Assembly: GCA_002104945.1 (NCBI GenBank)
Contig: MCFH01000047.1
Coordinates: forward strand, 1 to 64,000
Direction of reading: 5' to 3'
DNA length: 64,000 nt
DNA from: Piromyces finnis finn
Lineage: Eukaryota > Fungi > Neocallimastigomycota
Below the pieces are notes generated by a model that was not told the DNA's origin, did not search any database, and saw only the letters and a program-made list of their open reading frames with translations. A program made the position numbers and the translations under genes. Of this stretch, positions 11,914 to 26,895 are shown piece after piece. Position 1 is the first letter of the stretch, and each line of letters begins with the position of its first letter.

Positions 11914-13077
11914 TTTTCTATAATTTATAAATTATTTACAAATTTCAATTATAAATTATTTTTATTAATAATTATATATTTATAATATAATTTTATCATT
12001 TTAATTTTACCTTTTAACTATTTTTTTTTTAAAATTAATAGCAAAATTAAAAAAAAGAAAAAAAAATTTATAATTTTTTTTATCTATATCAAGTAATATG
12101 TTTTAGTAATAAAACATATATTAGTATTAATAAATAATATATTGACTTAATAGAAATATTTATATTATATAATAATTATTAATATAATTAATATAAAAGT
12201 TTTATTAACCACTTTTTTTATTTAATACATTACATTAAAATAGGTACATTATATATATTAATCAGAAACTATAACCAATAGTAATCCTTTATTTTTTGAT
12301 TTATTCAATCATTAATAAAATAGAAAATAAAATCAAAATAAAGAAATAATGTATATGTATTCATATATTTAAACAATTATGAATCTACATAATAATTTTA
12401 AAATTAATTAGCCATTTTTTTCTCCATAGATATTATTTATAATAATAATTGATTTAAAAAACTATATTTAGTAAATTGAAATGTCAATTTACTAAATATT
12501 GAATGATAAATTAAGTATTCCAACATATATATTTATAAATTATGTGTTATATTATTAAAGAAAGGTATACCAGGCGATAATTAAAATCCCTCATTCAATT
12601 ATTCACAAATGAATGTAGAAGAGGTATTATTTGATAATAAAGAATTTATTGATTATTTTTTTTATAATATCCTTAAATATTAATATTTTTAGAAAACTGA
12701 TATGTATTAATAATTCAATGACTTTCATTGATCCACTTGTTATTAAACTCTATGTTTCAAATAGTGGTTTAAAAAATAATATTGAATTACATTCTAAACT
12801 TGATTTTATTTTGTAATTTTTTTTATTTAATAATTTATTTGATTGTTGTTTCTATGATTACAATATTGTTTTTTTATTATCTATATTAATATTGATATAT
12901 TTTAATCCATTAAAAAAAAAATAAAAATAAAAATAAAAATTATATTTATATAAATTTATATTAATTAACATTAATATATCAATTAAAATCAAAATTTCTT
13001 GAATTCCTTAATTATTATTTGCTTTTATTTTTACTAACAATGTAAAATAATTAATATAATTTAGTGTATTTATAAAC

Positions 13078-15198
13078 TTATTCTTTCGTACTTATTATGT
13101 ATAACCTTTTTAATGCATCCTTCAATAAAAAGGTATATTGTTTCAATTGAGTAACATAAACAAATCCACTCATACCGTAAGTAGGTAAGCAATTTTTGCA
13201 ATAAACCTTTTCATTTTTTGGTTTCAATCTTCCTTCTTCATATGCTTCATGCAAATCCTTTTTACAATTCTGACAGTAAAAACAATGTAAATGCCAACGA
13301 AAGCCATTTAACTTTATACATTCTTCCTCTACTGACTTATGACAAACAGGACAATATTCTGAATGAGTACTATATTCATTAGAAGTCATTAAATGTTGTC
13401 GACGTGATTCTGACTGCATTTCATCTAATGTTAAAAACTTTGCTAAAAATGAATCTACAGCCGTTTTATCCTTATAAACATTTTCCTAGATATATCATTT
13501 TTTAATATGTTTATAAATATATGTTATTATTATATTTATATTTATTTAAAATAATAAATTAAAAATAAAAATAAATTAATAGCAATATATTCTATATAAA
13601 ATATATTATTATAGTTATATAAAACTATTTTTTCTGATTTTATAATAAAATAAATAAAATTATTAAAATAAAATAATTATTTACTAATTTTAAAGCTCCT
13701 TTTAATGCAGATTGAATTAAAATTTTTATTATTTTGCTTATATCATTGCCTATTTCTACAATTTCTTGAGATGTATCTTGCTTTGGATTAGGTTTAAGTA
13801 ATGAAAATAAGGCAATAATTTTTCTAGCTAAATTTTTTGGTTCTTTGGTATGTTGAAGTCCAGTATTATCATTAAACTTGCTTAATTTATATTCAATTTC
13901 ATCAATACCAGAAAATAATACATCAACATGACAAAGAAAATTACCAGCTTGTTCTATACCATCTAAATATAAATTCTCTGATACATATGATAAAATTTCC
14001 GCCATACATTCTGCTGATGATTCTTCAAAAGCAGAAAGAATAGACCAAATTCTTCCAATCTTTTCTTCAATTATTTTCTGTTTCTCTATTTCGGCTATTA
14101 ATTATTAATTATTTTATCAAAAGGATATATAACATAAGTACATATTTCATTAATTTAATTAATATTAAAAATCCATATATATAGACTTCATAAAAATATT
14201 ACCATTAAAATCTTTTGGTTCAACCGGCGGTTCTTTAGGTACTTCATCTTCTAGTACCAACTTTACATTCCAAGACTGTAGTTTTCATCAATAAAAATTA
14301 TTTTTATCAATATATAAAAACAAATTATTATTAGTATATATAAATGTAAATAATTGAATACTAATATCATTAACCATTGCAAATAAAAAGGTATACATTT
14401 GACAATAATTAAAAAGAGCTATGAATTATTAAATATATTTCTACATACTTTATATATCACATAACATTCTGGATGCCACTGTTCTTTTAAATTTACATTT
14501 TTATCAAATTTAATTGATTGCTGTCTTATTAATAGAGTATGGCAACCACTACAACGATTAACAAATAATTCAGAAAAATGCTCTTGACAATAAATATTAC
14601 CATTATTTTGAAAATAGTTTGAAGATGGTGGCAAAACAGTATTACAAACATCACATGTAAAATGTTCTACATGAAATTTTTTATTTACTGCATTAATGTG
14701 TGGGCCTCTTATAGCACAACAGCATTTAGCACATAATAAATCTAATCTTCTTAAGTAGTCAGTTTCACATAGAACTCCCTTAACTCCATCTTCTTTATAA
14801 GGGAAAAATTTGATACACATATCTTATCACAATCCTATGAAATAAATAAAATCCGAAATAATATTTAATATTTTAATATTTATATTTATTATATCTAGCC
14901 TTGCTTTTATTTCATCCACACTTTTCATTTCATTATTTTTTCTTTTTTTTTGTATAAAGAAAAATACATCATAAATATCGATAATTTACTATACATCTGA
15001 AACAATTTAAATGATAATATTCACCTAGAGCCATTACATGTTGACCTTTGATGGTTTTACCGCATGCTACACAAACTTTCGGAACTTCTTCTTTATTTAA
15101 TAAAGTAAATTTTATAAAATCATTATATATTTATAATTAACAATATGTTTGAATTAAAATAATAATTAATTATTTATAATATTGCTATTACCACTCAT
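13078..15198 (-). CDS. Multi-LIM-domain protein resembling the N-terminal half of fungal Lrg1/Rga1 LIM-RhoGAPs; multi-exon, exact 3' end uncertain
   Basis: 7-nt first exon ATGAGTG (15198-15192). LIM motifs CVACGKTIKGQHVMALGEYYHLNCFRC, CAKCCCAIRG...HVEHFTCDVC and CPVCHK...WHLHCFYCQNC. Lrg1-like blocks IWSILSAFEESSAEC and YVTQLKQYTFLLKDALKRL. Confidence 0.8.
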
Positions 15199-16955
15199 TA
15201 ATTCTAATACTTATTTTTAATTATAATTTATAACTTATTATATTTTGATTTTTAATATTCAATTAGTTTTATATAATTATATAAAGGAAAATTCATATAA
15301 TATGTATAATATATATGTTAGTATTTACTTAATTTAAAAAGAAGACATTAAAGAAAATAATAATCTTGATAAACCATTTTTTTTTTTAAATACCTATTTA
15401 AAAATTGAAATCTCGATTAATAAGTATTGTTTGGTATTTTTTTTTTTTTTTTAAAAAAAATAATAAAATCCTTTGACTTTTATAATAATCCATATGAATT
15501 CTAACTTTTTTTATACTTCTAAATGAAAGTTTTAACTATTTACATGATAAATTTTTATATTGTACTTATTTATTGAATATTATATTTGAAATGACTGTTT
15601 ATACTTGCTATACTGAACAAAATAAGTATTTAATGTATACTATTTCAAAAATTCTCCTACTAAAGTTTGAAAAAGTCCTTCTTTTATTTAAATATATTAA
15701 GCATTTAATAAAATGAAATATTAAGGTGAATTCTTTTTACTATTTTCTTTTATTATATATGTATATTATATTGTTTACTTTTTTATTTTATTTATTTATT
15801 TTAATCTATAATAATTTCTTATTATTGTAAATTTTTGGATTAAATAAACAAAGTTTTCCAAAATGAATATTCATCAATATTATTTTTTATTTACTTTAAT
15901 ACTTTTTTTTTATTAAATTATTAATATATTTTATTTCAGTGAGATTTACTTTTATTAAAAAAATGCTTGTCTCAATTAATGTTTGTTTGTTTAATATTAT
16001 TGTTTTTTTTTTATGAATAATATTTTGATTTCTTTTTTATTATTATTATTTTTGTTATATTTTTTTTAATCCTTAAAATAAAAAAATAAATCTTCATTAT
16101 CATCTTATTATATAATATATATTAAATTAATATTATAACTATTATAAATTAAAATTTTTTTATTAACGGCAACAAATATTACTAAACTTTATTATTAATT
16201 AAAATTAGAATGCATACAAAATAAAAAAATAAAAAAAATAAAAAAATAGGTTTAAATAAACACAAATGAATAAAAATTGGGTATAATGTATTCTAGTAAT
16301 TTTAATTAAAGTAAGAAAACCTCTATTAGACTAAAGTATAATAATTGTATTTGACTTCTCAATAGGATACCAAGTCAAAGATCAAAATTTTGTTATGGAC
16401 AAAATTATAATCTCCATTGGTTGCGCTTGTTTTACTGTTTCTTCAGTATTGACGCTCTTGGATTATATATTAAAATATATTGAAATTAATTTAATTTATT
16501 AATAACAGCGTATAAATAATCATATAATTACATGATATTTGTAATAATAGTATTATTACTATTCATTAAAAGATAATATACTTATTTATTTATTATTTTC
16601 ATAATTATATCAAAGGTAATACTCCATTTTTTTTTTTTACTTTCGTTTTTATTTGTTATCATGAAAGACATTTTATTTATTCTCATATATTTAACATTTA
16701 AACATGTCAAAATTATAAATAATAATAAAAAATTAGATGGAAATAATAAAAAAAAAAGGTCATAGTAGCAAATTTTATTTAAAAATATGTAAATTATTTA
16801 ATAACTTTTTTAGCATCTTAAAAATTATTTTTAAAGTTCATAAAATTAAAAGTAATTTATATTAAAATTAAAAAATGTTTCAAGTTTTTATGTAGTACAA
16901 AATTTATTAATATTATATTAATAAAAATATAACATTAATAAAATAATTAAAATAA

Positions 16956-18693
16956 TTATATTATGTTAAATATATTTACTTGATAATCTACGATTTGTTT
17001 AAGTTTTTCGTTGGATATTTCTTTTTTATTCATTTTTTCTTTCTATAATAATTAAGTAAAAAAAAAGGTTATTAAATATTCAAATATAAATATATATATT
17101 CTAAAATAGCTTTTACCAATGCATAAATACAAGAACGATAAACTTTAGTTCTTGTCGTATTAAACTTTTCATCATTTGGATCAATATGTAGAGTACTTGC
17201 TACAGCTTTCTTAGTTAAATGCCATAATTTCTATTATAAGTTAAAAATATATAAATAAATTGACTGCAATGTTAGAAAAATAATACATATAATTTAAGCA
17301 ATACCATTTTATTTTTATCTGCGATGCTATTGGATTTACTCTTCTTTTTTTCCATTAGTGGTTTTTTTTTTCCATATAAAATATTTGATGATTTGTCATT
17401 AATTTTTCGTTGAAGAGATAATACTGAAAGTGTGGAAAGTGTTGATGAATCAGATGGAGCTGGACTGGATGATCTCTAGATTTTTTAAATTTTTATTAGC
17501 TTTGCATTTTATTTTACTTTTTATTTTATATTTATATTTATATTTATTTTTTTTTTAATTTTTTATTAATTTAATCTAATTGAAATTCACAAACCTTTAT
17601 GTTTCGTTTTATTTTATTAACAACGCCTGCTTCAAAATTAAAAGTAGAACTTTTTTCAATTGATATCCTTTCTTTTTCTATATAAAGTTTAATATTTCAT
17701 TAATATTAATATTATAATATTGTTATTTTAGAAATTAAATAAGTTACTATTATATATAATATTTATATATAATATACTTCGTTGTTCCATTATTTCTTTA
17801 CTAGACGTTTCAAGTAATTTCTTTAATATTAAATAACGAATTTCATACTTTTCGCTATTATATTATTTATAAAAAAAAATATTATTATTATTATTAGGGA
17901 AGGAAATTTTTATTATTATAATACTTTATTACTATAATACTATTTATAATATTAATGCTTACTTATTTCCATCAAATATATTAATTTGTTCTTTGTAGTA
18001 ATCATAATATATTATTAAAAATAACAATTCAGTATTTTTTTATGTATAAGATATATTTTTTTTTTAATTATATATTTACCTTCTTCACTCTTTAATTTTT
18101 TTGGCTTAGGAGTTCTGTAAGTATCTTGAAGAATTAATTCTTTATCAATATATAAATCTTTATAATTATTTCCATTATTTTTTAAATCCAATTCTATAGG
18201 AATTTCAGTATTTTCCTGTCTGTTATTATTGTAGAGATTATAATTCATCATATATTTTGTAAAGAATTCTATAAAAATATGGTTTGGTATAATATTTAAA
18301 TGAGATATAAGAGAATATGCCTGATTTGAAAAATCCCGAATTTGCTCCTTTTTTAAAGATGATATTATTTTTAATTTTGAAATATTATCTCTATATTCAT
18401 GTATAATATCAATAATATTTTCTAATTCCATACATGAAAATAATGGAATCATTTCTAGTCTTATCTCTTTCTTTGATTTCACTTTATATTTTTTTCTTTT
18501 AGTGAGTAAATCCCATTCGTCAATATCAATGACATCATTTGACATTATATTCAACACATTATTTTCTTTTTCCTTTTCTTCATTACATAACACACCTTGT
18601 ATTACCATAATCATTGGGGGTTGAGGTGAAAGAATATTACTTTTTTCTGATGTAAATTTAACTAAAATGCAATTTTCAGTTTTGGTTAAAGTC

Positions 18694-18741
<48 letters not shown>

Positions 18742-19426
18742 TTTGTTATTTTTTTTTAAATTGAATATCATAAATATTGTTATTAATACAAACCTCTTGA
18801 ATACAAAACTTTTCTGAAAACCATTCAAATGTATCTGTACATTGAGGGTCGATAATTCTTTGTAATAATAATAAAAAAGAAGTTTAATTATAAATACGTA
18901 AATAATGTTGTTATTTAATAATTAATATATTTACAATTTATATCTTTTATTTGATAATAAATATAGCGGTAATTGATTTATAGAACATTCAAAAATATAT
19001 TCAATGTTGAATGGTCCAGATGAAAAATTTAATTCATCTTTTAATTTATCATTTTCACTTTTTTTAGTATCCCTCGTATTACTTCTATATATGTAAATTC
19101 CTTCTAATTGTTTAATATCAATCTTGTGTACTTCTGAATCCTCTATGATATTTATTAATATTAAATGATTTTAATTGAAATTTAATTACAATTTTATAAT
19201 AATAATAATAAAAGAAAAATTACTTTCAAGATTATAAATAATAAGTTTTCCTTTTTCAATATCTATGGTATTATCATTCTATATTATTATAAATTCATAT
19301 ATTTTACATTTGTAAAAATAATAATAATAATAATAATAATATATATATATATATAAAAAAAAATCAGTAATAAAATTTTTTCAAATGGGAAGAAATTTAA
19401 ATTTTGAATTTCATTACCTGATTCAT
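16956..19426 (-). CDS. Multi-exon protein with a probable Sld7/MTBP-type C-terminal domain (replication initiation factor candidate)
   Basis: Exons joined by GT-AG sites from ATG AAT CAG (19426-19418). Spliced C-terminus NKM|KLWHLTKKAVASTLHIDPNDEKFNTTRTKVYRSCIYAL|KEKMNKKEISNEKLKQIVDYQVNIFNII* fits my recollection of the Sld7_C pattern. Includes ORF 18015-18614. Confidence 0.55.
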
Positions 19427-19597
19427 TTTATAAATTTACTAATAACAAAGGGGTATAATTTCTAATATATTTACGTATAGTATATTATTATCTAATTTAG
19501 TAATACACTGAAGCAAACAATAAAAGGAAGAAAAAAAAGAAAAAAAAGAAAAAAAGAAAAAGAATAATTGGATGAGAGTAATGAATTGAAGATTATT

Positions 19598-19629
<32 letters not shown>

Positions 19630-19969
19630 ATATTTTTTATTTTTATTATTGTACTACATAACAAAATTTAAAAATATTTTTGATATAATAAATTTCATTT
19701 CAATATTAAAAAAAATAAATAATAAAAAAAAGGAATAATTCTGCAGTACAACATTTAATAAGAAAATGTTATTTTATATATATATATATTCTATTTTATA
19801 CGCTTGATTATATACTTTATAGCTTTATAGATGTTTTATGTAAGTTAATTTATTTATTTTTTTTTTAAAAAAAAAACTCAGTATTTAATAATTGCATATT
19901 TAAGAATAGCATTAAATATGAATTATTGTAATGATTATTATTTTAAAATTTTTTATAATATTCATTTTA

Positions 19970-21634
19970 TTAAAATATTTTATTATTATTGATTTTATAT
20001 TTTGCATTATCAGCTTTAATCTTATTAAAGTTTTCTACAAGCTATTTAAAATTAATTATTCAAAAATAGATAAATGAATATTAAAGTATTAATTAAATAT
20101 AAATATATAGAATATTGTAAATAAATCCTTACATTATTGATTTTGTTTGCTCCCTTTGTAAGGGCAGATAAATATGATATTAATAAAACATCATTACAAT
20201 CCTATAAATTATAAATTAATTAATATTTTTAATAAAAATAAACATTTATAAGTTTAAAAATAAAATATTATAATAGAGGTAATAGATAGCATACTATCAT
20301 AAATTCATTTTTAAACTCTTTACTACTAATCGTAGGTAGTCTATTACAAACACCGGCAATTTGACGTAATATTTCATGGTTTGGTGGTATTTTTCCTTTA
20401 TTAATATTAAATATTTAATGAAAAAATTCAAGATAATTATAAATAATATTATAAAAGTATTTACCTGCTTCAATATCTTCTATGTATTTATATAAAATTT
20501 TTATTCTATCATTTAACATCTTAATCGCATTTCTTTGATTAGTAAGTTGTGTTAATACTATTTAATATTATAAATATTATAATTAAAAGGTATAAGTAGA
20601 GAAAATAATGTTATTTATATAAATATATTTTTGCCATTTGCTTTCATTTAACTTCTTTTTATTATTACATAACGAATGCTTAGCATCTCCAGCTTGCGTA
20701 GCAACATTAATATGATCAATAGAAACACGTTCTTCATCTCCCGAAACAATCTGATACTTATTTTCAACGAAAAGCATTTGCGATTGACCATTAACAGCAT
20801 CAATAACTGATTCATAAATTGTGACAGGTAAATCTTTTGAAACAATTTTACTTGGATTTAATTGAAGAAATATTGAACTTTCATTATGTTTTAAAAACTA
20901 TTTTATATATAACAATACTTAATATCTTATATTTATGTTTTAAAAGTAATATTACTACCATAAATATATATTACTTGTTGTTGACACATAATATCAAATT
21001 TTGTTGGGTAAAAACCAGTAGAATACCAACCCAAAAAATCATAATTAGGATAAACTTGTTTATCTATAAAAATTTGAATATTTTTAAATGAGAGATATTT
21101 TTTATATTAATAAATATAGTACTTTTTTTTTTTTTTTTTTGAAAAAAAAAAAAAAAATAAATAAATAAATAAATAAATAAGTAAAATAAAATAAAATAAA
21201 ATAAAATTACATTGAATTTGTTTAGCAAGGAAAAATTGCTCATCAACTATTATATCATTTTCTGTTTGAGTAAATGGAATTTCAAATGAACTGAATATTT
21301 CAATAGCTCTTCCATTTTGGGTTCCAAGAAGTGCACCAATTACTTTAACTATTATTTTTATTTTATTTTATTTTTTATAGTGAAAATGAATATTTCAATA
21401 TTTAGATTTTTAGAGTGTATTATTCATATTATCATTAATTTTACCATTTCCTGAAGATTTTTGAAATTTTTCACGAGTAAAATGATCTGAAATATTAATT
21501 AATACAAATGGATGTCTTTTAAATAAAAACATTAAAATAATATATATTAGGAGTACAAATTATTACAAATATATGATTATATATTAATATTTGCTTTTTC
21601 AATACATTATATTTATATTTATTGAATTTGAATG

Positions 21635-21704
<70 letters not shown>

Positions 21705-22054
21705 TATCGATTTTAATTCATTATATTTATTAAATTAATTGAAATTACAATTAATATAAATCTATCAATTATTTCTTATATATATATTTGATTAATTGAT
21801 TATCCATTTAAGGAAATGATTTAACTTTTTTTCTTTCTTTCTTTCTTTTTAAATTTCATTATATATACTTTAAAATAATATGATAATTATTTAGCTCCAT
21901 GTTAAAATTCATCAATAAGATTTTCCTTTTTTCTTTTTACATTAAAAATACTTTATTTTATTTCATTTATTAATTTAATTAATTAATAAATGCTTTTGTA
22001 AAATATATATCGACAAAATTTTTTATAATTTCTGTTATTATTATTTAAAAATAA

Positions 22055-22090
<36 letters not shown>

Positions 22091-22205
22091 TAAAATATAT
22101 ATATATATATATATAATTTATATTTATTTACAGTGTTAAATTTAAACCAGATGAATTTTCAGTAGTTAATATGTAACTGTTTTCTACGCTACTGACTTCC
22201 ATCAT
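19970..22205 (-). CDS. CSN6: COP9 signalosome subunit 6 (non-catalytic MPN domain), multi-exon
   Basis: Spliced protein contains L|HPFVLINISDH, VIGALLGTQNGRAIEIFSSFE, KQVYPNYDFLGWYSTG, LPVTIYES, EERVSIDHI, NAIKMLNDRIKILYKY and NHEILRQI. Confidence 0.9.
21636..21703. repeat. (TAT)n microsatellite in CSN6 intron 1
   Basis: Directly visible. Confidence 0.9.
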
Positions 22206-22616
22206 TTTATTTATATAATAAATATTATTAATTTAATAGAATTTTATAATTTATATTAAGGTTCCTTCAATATTTAAAGTAATTATTATTATTAATTTGA
22301 TTATTTATAATTTTCCAATTTCAAATTATAAAATTAAAATGAAATCTGATAAATAGTGAAAATAATAATACAAATTTATGTTTAAATTTTTATAGAAAAA
22401 TAAAACTTTAAAATTAATATTTATTGATTGTATATTAATTTTAAAATTAATTAAAAAAAATATTATTCTTTTATTAACATTAAAATTTTATTGGATAAAT
22501 TTTATTTATTAAAATAATCAGTTTAACTACTTTTTGAAATTAAATTTTTAATTTATTTTATTCTGTATAATATTTTTTTTATTTTTATTTTTTAATGCTA
22601 CCTTATATTTAGTTAT

Positions 22617-24960
22617 TTAGTTAGTAATATTTAAATATTTTAAGAAAGCATTATTATTTGGTGGACGCCCTAAAAACTTTTTCATTAAATTAATGAAGTC
22701 ATCATTTGCACCAGGCTCTAAGATAAATTTTCTATAATTAAATCCGAGATCAGTATCCATACACCCCTTAGAACTTTCAGCAAATTTTGTATATAAATCA
22801 TGGCTATAAACTTCAGACCATAAATAGGAATAATATCCTGCATCATAACCCATAGTTAGATGATACCAACTACAAAGAAATGACGTATTTGATATTGTTT
22901 CAATATTGGTATATTCCTTTTGCATTTTTTCCCATACATTAGAAATTATTTCAATATCAATATTTGAATGTACCTTTAAATCAAATAATGACATAAAAAT
23001 TTGACGACTATATTTATAAGCATCATTAATATGTCTTGTTTTACAAATCGAGGCAATTAAATCATCGGGAAGTTGTTCTTTTGTTTTATAATGGCACGAC
23101 AATCTTTTTAAAACTTTAGCATCCCAAATCCAATTCTATATTATTATATAGATTTAAAAATATTATTGTTAGAAAATTTCATTGAATTTGAAAGTTGCTA
23201 TATTGTTTTATTCATTTATATTTATATTCAATACTTCAAACATTTGGGATGGCACTTCTAGAGCATCCATTTCAATGCCAACTGGGTATGGAATAGCTGT
23301 CCATGACCATGAGAATCTTGAGTACATTGATTTGGTACAAAGAGCATGCATAACATGTCCAAATTCATGGAAAAATGTAACAACTTAAATATTATATTTA
23401 ATATACATTTTTATAATTGAATACTTATTAAAGATATACATTATTTATTAATATATTCATATTTTATCATACCTTCCGTGTGTTTTAATAAAGAAACTGA
23501 ATCATTTGTTGATTTAGTTAAATTTCCAATAATAACTACAACTGGTATATTTTGTTGATTTTTATTATCAATATAACTTGGGGCTAATGGCATTACACAT
23601 TGATGAGAATACCTTTAATAAATAATTCAAAGAAACAATTTATTATTATTATAATGAAGATATTTTAATTATAATACAAATAAATACATTTTTCTTATAT
23701 ATATTACTTTCCATCTCTAGGGAATAAATCTAATACCATACTACATAATTTTAATAAAAAAACAATGATTAATATTAATAATATTAATAGTTATTTTATT
23801 TGATATATATTTAAAAATATTTATAATTACAATCCAATATTATCACCCTTTTGATCATATGGAACATTATGATTATCATAAACTGCATACATCATGACAT
23901 CTTTATGCCATAACTCGGTTTCAACTTTTTCAAATTTAATATGAAGAATTTCTTGATATCTTTAAATATAATTCGAAAAAATTAGCTCATTAATTAAATA
24001 ATTAAGTAAAAATAAATATATACATACAAACTTAATATTCCAGAAATAACATTTTCTACTGGGAAATAGCCACTAACTTTTACATCATCAACAGAATATT
24101 CTTCATCCTTTAAAATACGTTCATAATAAGAAATATCCCATAAATGTAATTCATTATCATAAGACCAGTTGTGTTTCTCACAAGTTTTTTTTTTAATTTC
24201 TAATAATTTTTGTAACTCTTGATGAAGCACTGGTTTTAATGGATTTAAGATATTATAAAGAAATTGATTTGCATTATCTAAATTTTTGCACATATTTTGA
24301 GAAAGCATAAAATTAGAATGATTATCATAATTTAAAAGTTCTGCCATTTTTTGACGTGTAGCAAGTATTTCCTTGAAAAGTGGAAGATTTTCATCTTTAC
24401 ATCTAGAATGAGAAGCTGTTAGAACAGTTTTTCTAGTTGATTCCATATTGGCATTTTGAATAAGTTCTTTTAATTCCGGTGGTTTTAAATTTACAATATA
24501 TTTGGTTTGTTCTTTTCCATCATCATTTTTTTCAGTTTTCTTTGTTAAACTATTAATAAAATTTTCACTACAACCATCTAATTCAGATAAAGTGAAGGAT
24601 AAGGTGACAACGCTTTCATTTATATTTTGAATAAATTTATTTTCAAGCTCAGTAATTTTAAGTTGGATTTCTTGAAACGTTTTTTGCTTATTTTTTGGAA
24701 GATCTAATCCATTTCTTTTGAAGAGATGAAGAGTTTTATCAAGAAGACGTTGATCCATTGGATCTTTTATTGGACCAATGGACTTAAAAATGGCATACAC
24801 TTTTTCTTGAGAATAACATTGATTCCATGCATCCTTTATTCTTTTTTTTGCAAGGGCGGATTCCTCACGGACCTTACTATCAAAGTGAACCTTATTCGAT
24901 AATTTTTTATTAAAGATAATAATCAAAAAAAAGAATTATTTTAATTAATAGTTTTAAACC

Positions 24961-24995
<35 letters not shown>

Positions 24996-25454
24996 CTATT
25001 AACACAATTTATATTAAATAGATATAACACCTCCATATTTTGAAATTTCTTTTAAAAAAAAATAAAAAATAAAAATAAAACTGAATATACTTTTACTAAA
25101 ATAATTATCATTAAAATTATATCAGTTTTATTTTTAGATTATAATATGGTATTATATATTATTATATATGGTAATTTAAAAACAGCATAGTATATAATAT
25201 TAAGAGTAATATATAAGACTTGAATTTAAATTTAAATTTCATTAAATCCTGTAATGAATATATGAATATTAATTTACTATTTATCATACATTATAAAAAA
25301 TAACATATATATATTTATATTATATAAATATATTTTTTTACTATTTCTTAAAGAATAAATTTTATATAAAATTTTGATTATCTATTTAATTGTTTTTTTG
25401 TTTTTTTTTCATTCCTATTCCTCCCAATTATAACATCATAATAATAATTAATAT

Positions 25455-25489
<35 letters not shown>

Positions 25490-25843
25490 AAATAATTAAG
25501 TTTTGAAATCCATAAATATATATTATAAAAACAATAATTACTAAAACATTTAAAGTAATGTTTAATATTTATATTATATAAGGAAAAATTAATATATATA
25601 TAAATATATTCCCATTCTTACAAGAGAAGGAAGTGTACAAAACGTTTGCTTTTCAGCAGCAAGACTTTCTACTTTATGCCATTCCTTTAATAAATCTAAT
25701 TTATTTATTTTTTTATTTTCTGAAAGCTCAATAATACTTTTTACATTCTGTTGTAAAATATTAATAATTTCTTGAGTTAATGTATTTAATTTTTGTGGTG
25801 TAGTATTTAAAGAAAACTTTGGAATGTTTCCTGGCAAAACCAT
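22617..25843 (-). CDS. M3A metallo-oligopeptidase (thimet oligopeptidase/neurolysin/saccharolysin-like), multi-exon
   Basis: Zinc motif [14 protein letters not shown] near 23330-23385, then [13 protein letters not shown]-terminal [20 protein letters not shown]...YRKFILEPG. Also LHLWDISYY. Confidence 0.92.
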
Positions 25844-26895
25844 TTTTTAAATAAATTTTATTAATTTAAATTTCTTATTTCTTACTTTTTTTTTATTTTT
25901 ATTTATTTTATTTTATTGTTATTGTTATTTATAAATAAAAAAAAGACAAACTAAAAGGTTATAGGTTATAGTTTTATATTAATAATAATTATAAAAATTA
26001 TATATATTATTTAATTTTAAACAAAATTAAAAATAAAAAATGAAGCTCTAAAATCTATTATATTTATTATTATATACATATTTTTAATTTGATTAGATGT
26101 AACATTCATCTAATATCAATTATTATAATAGAAATCTAATAAATTATAAAAATATACATGATTTACAAGATTTATAATAAAAATAATTGATACTTATATC
26201 AGATTTTTTTAAAGAAAAAAATATTATATATATATAAATCCTTTCTTTTTTTTTAAAATAAAAATTAGTAAAGCTAATAAGATGCAATTTAATAACAAGA
26301 AATAATTTAATAGTAAAATTAATTAAAACTTTATTATAAATTTTTATTGAATTATTAAAAAAGCATGTTATTTAATAAATTAAGTATTTATGAAAAGTTA
26401 TGCTTTATATTAGGTTAGATATAAAGTTTCTAACATGCTTATTTATAATTTATATTACATATGTGGCTAGTGCAATATTGCTATGGTATTAAGCGCTTGA
26501 AGTTAAATATTATAATATAATTAAAAAATAATATTAAATTTTCAAAAAGTTTTTTTATTTATTCATAATATGAAATCTATATAATAAACTATAATTTGAA
26601 TAATATCATAATATTTTTATTCCATATATTCAAGAACTTTATAATAAAAATAAAATTTCAACTTAAGTTGTAGTTATTTTATTTTTTATGACATATAAAA
26701 TTTAATTAATATTATTTAAATTTTGAAAATTAATTTAATTAAAATTCATTATAAATTTAATTAAAAATTTGAAAGAAAACTATTTTTTAATTGTGTAGTA
26801 TTTTTTTTTTTTTTTTTTTTTGTAATATATCAAAGAAATAATATTAATACAATAGTTATTAAAAGTTATTTTTTTTGTAAATTATTTAATCAAAT

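Noticed and set aside
26090-26500. Short palindromes and hairpins (attagatg/catctaat, gcaatattgc, aagcgctt) between the M3 peptidase and PDI genes
   Set aside because: Stems of 8-10 bp are expected by chance in AT-rich DNA; no terminal repeats or TSD.
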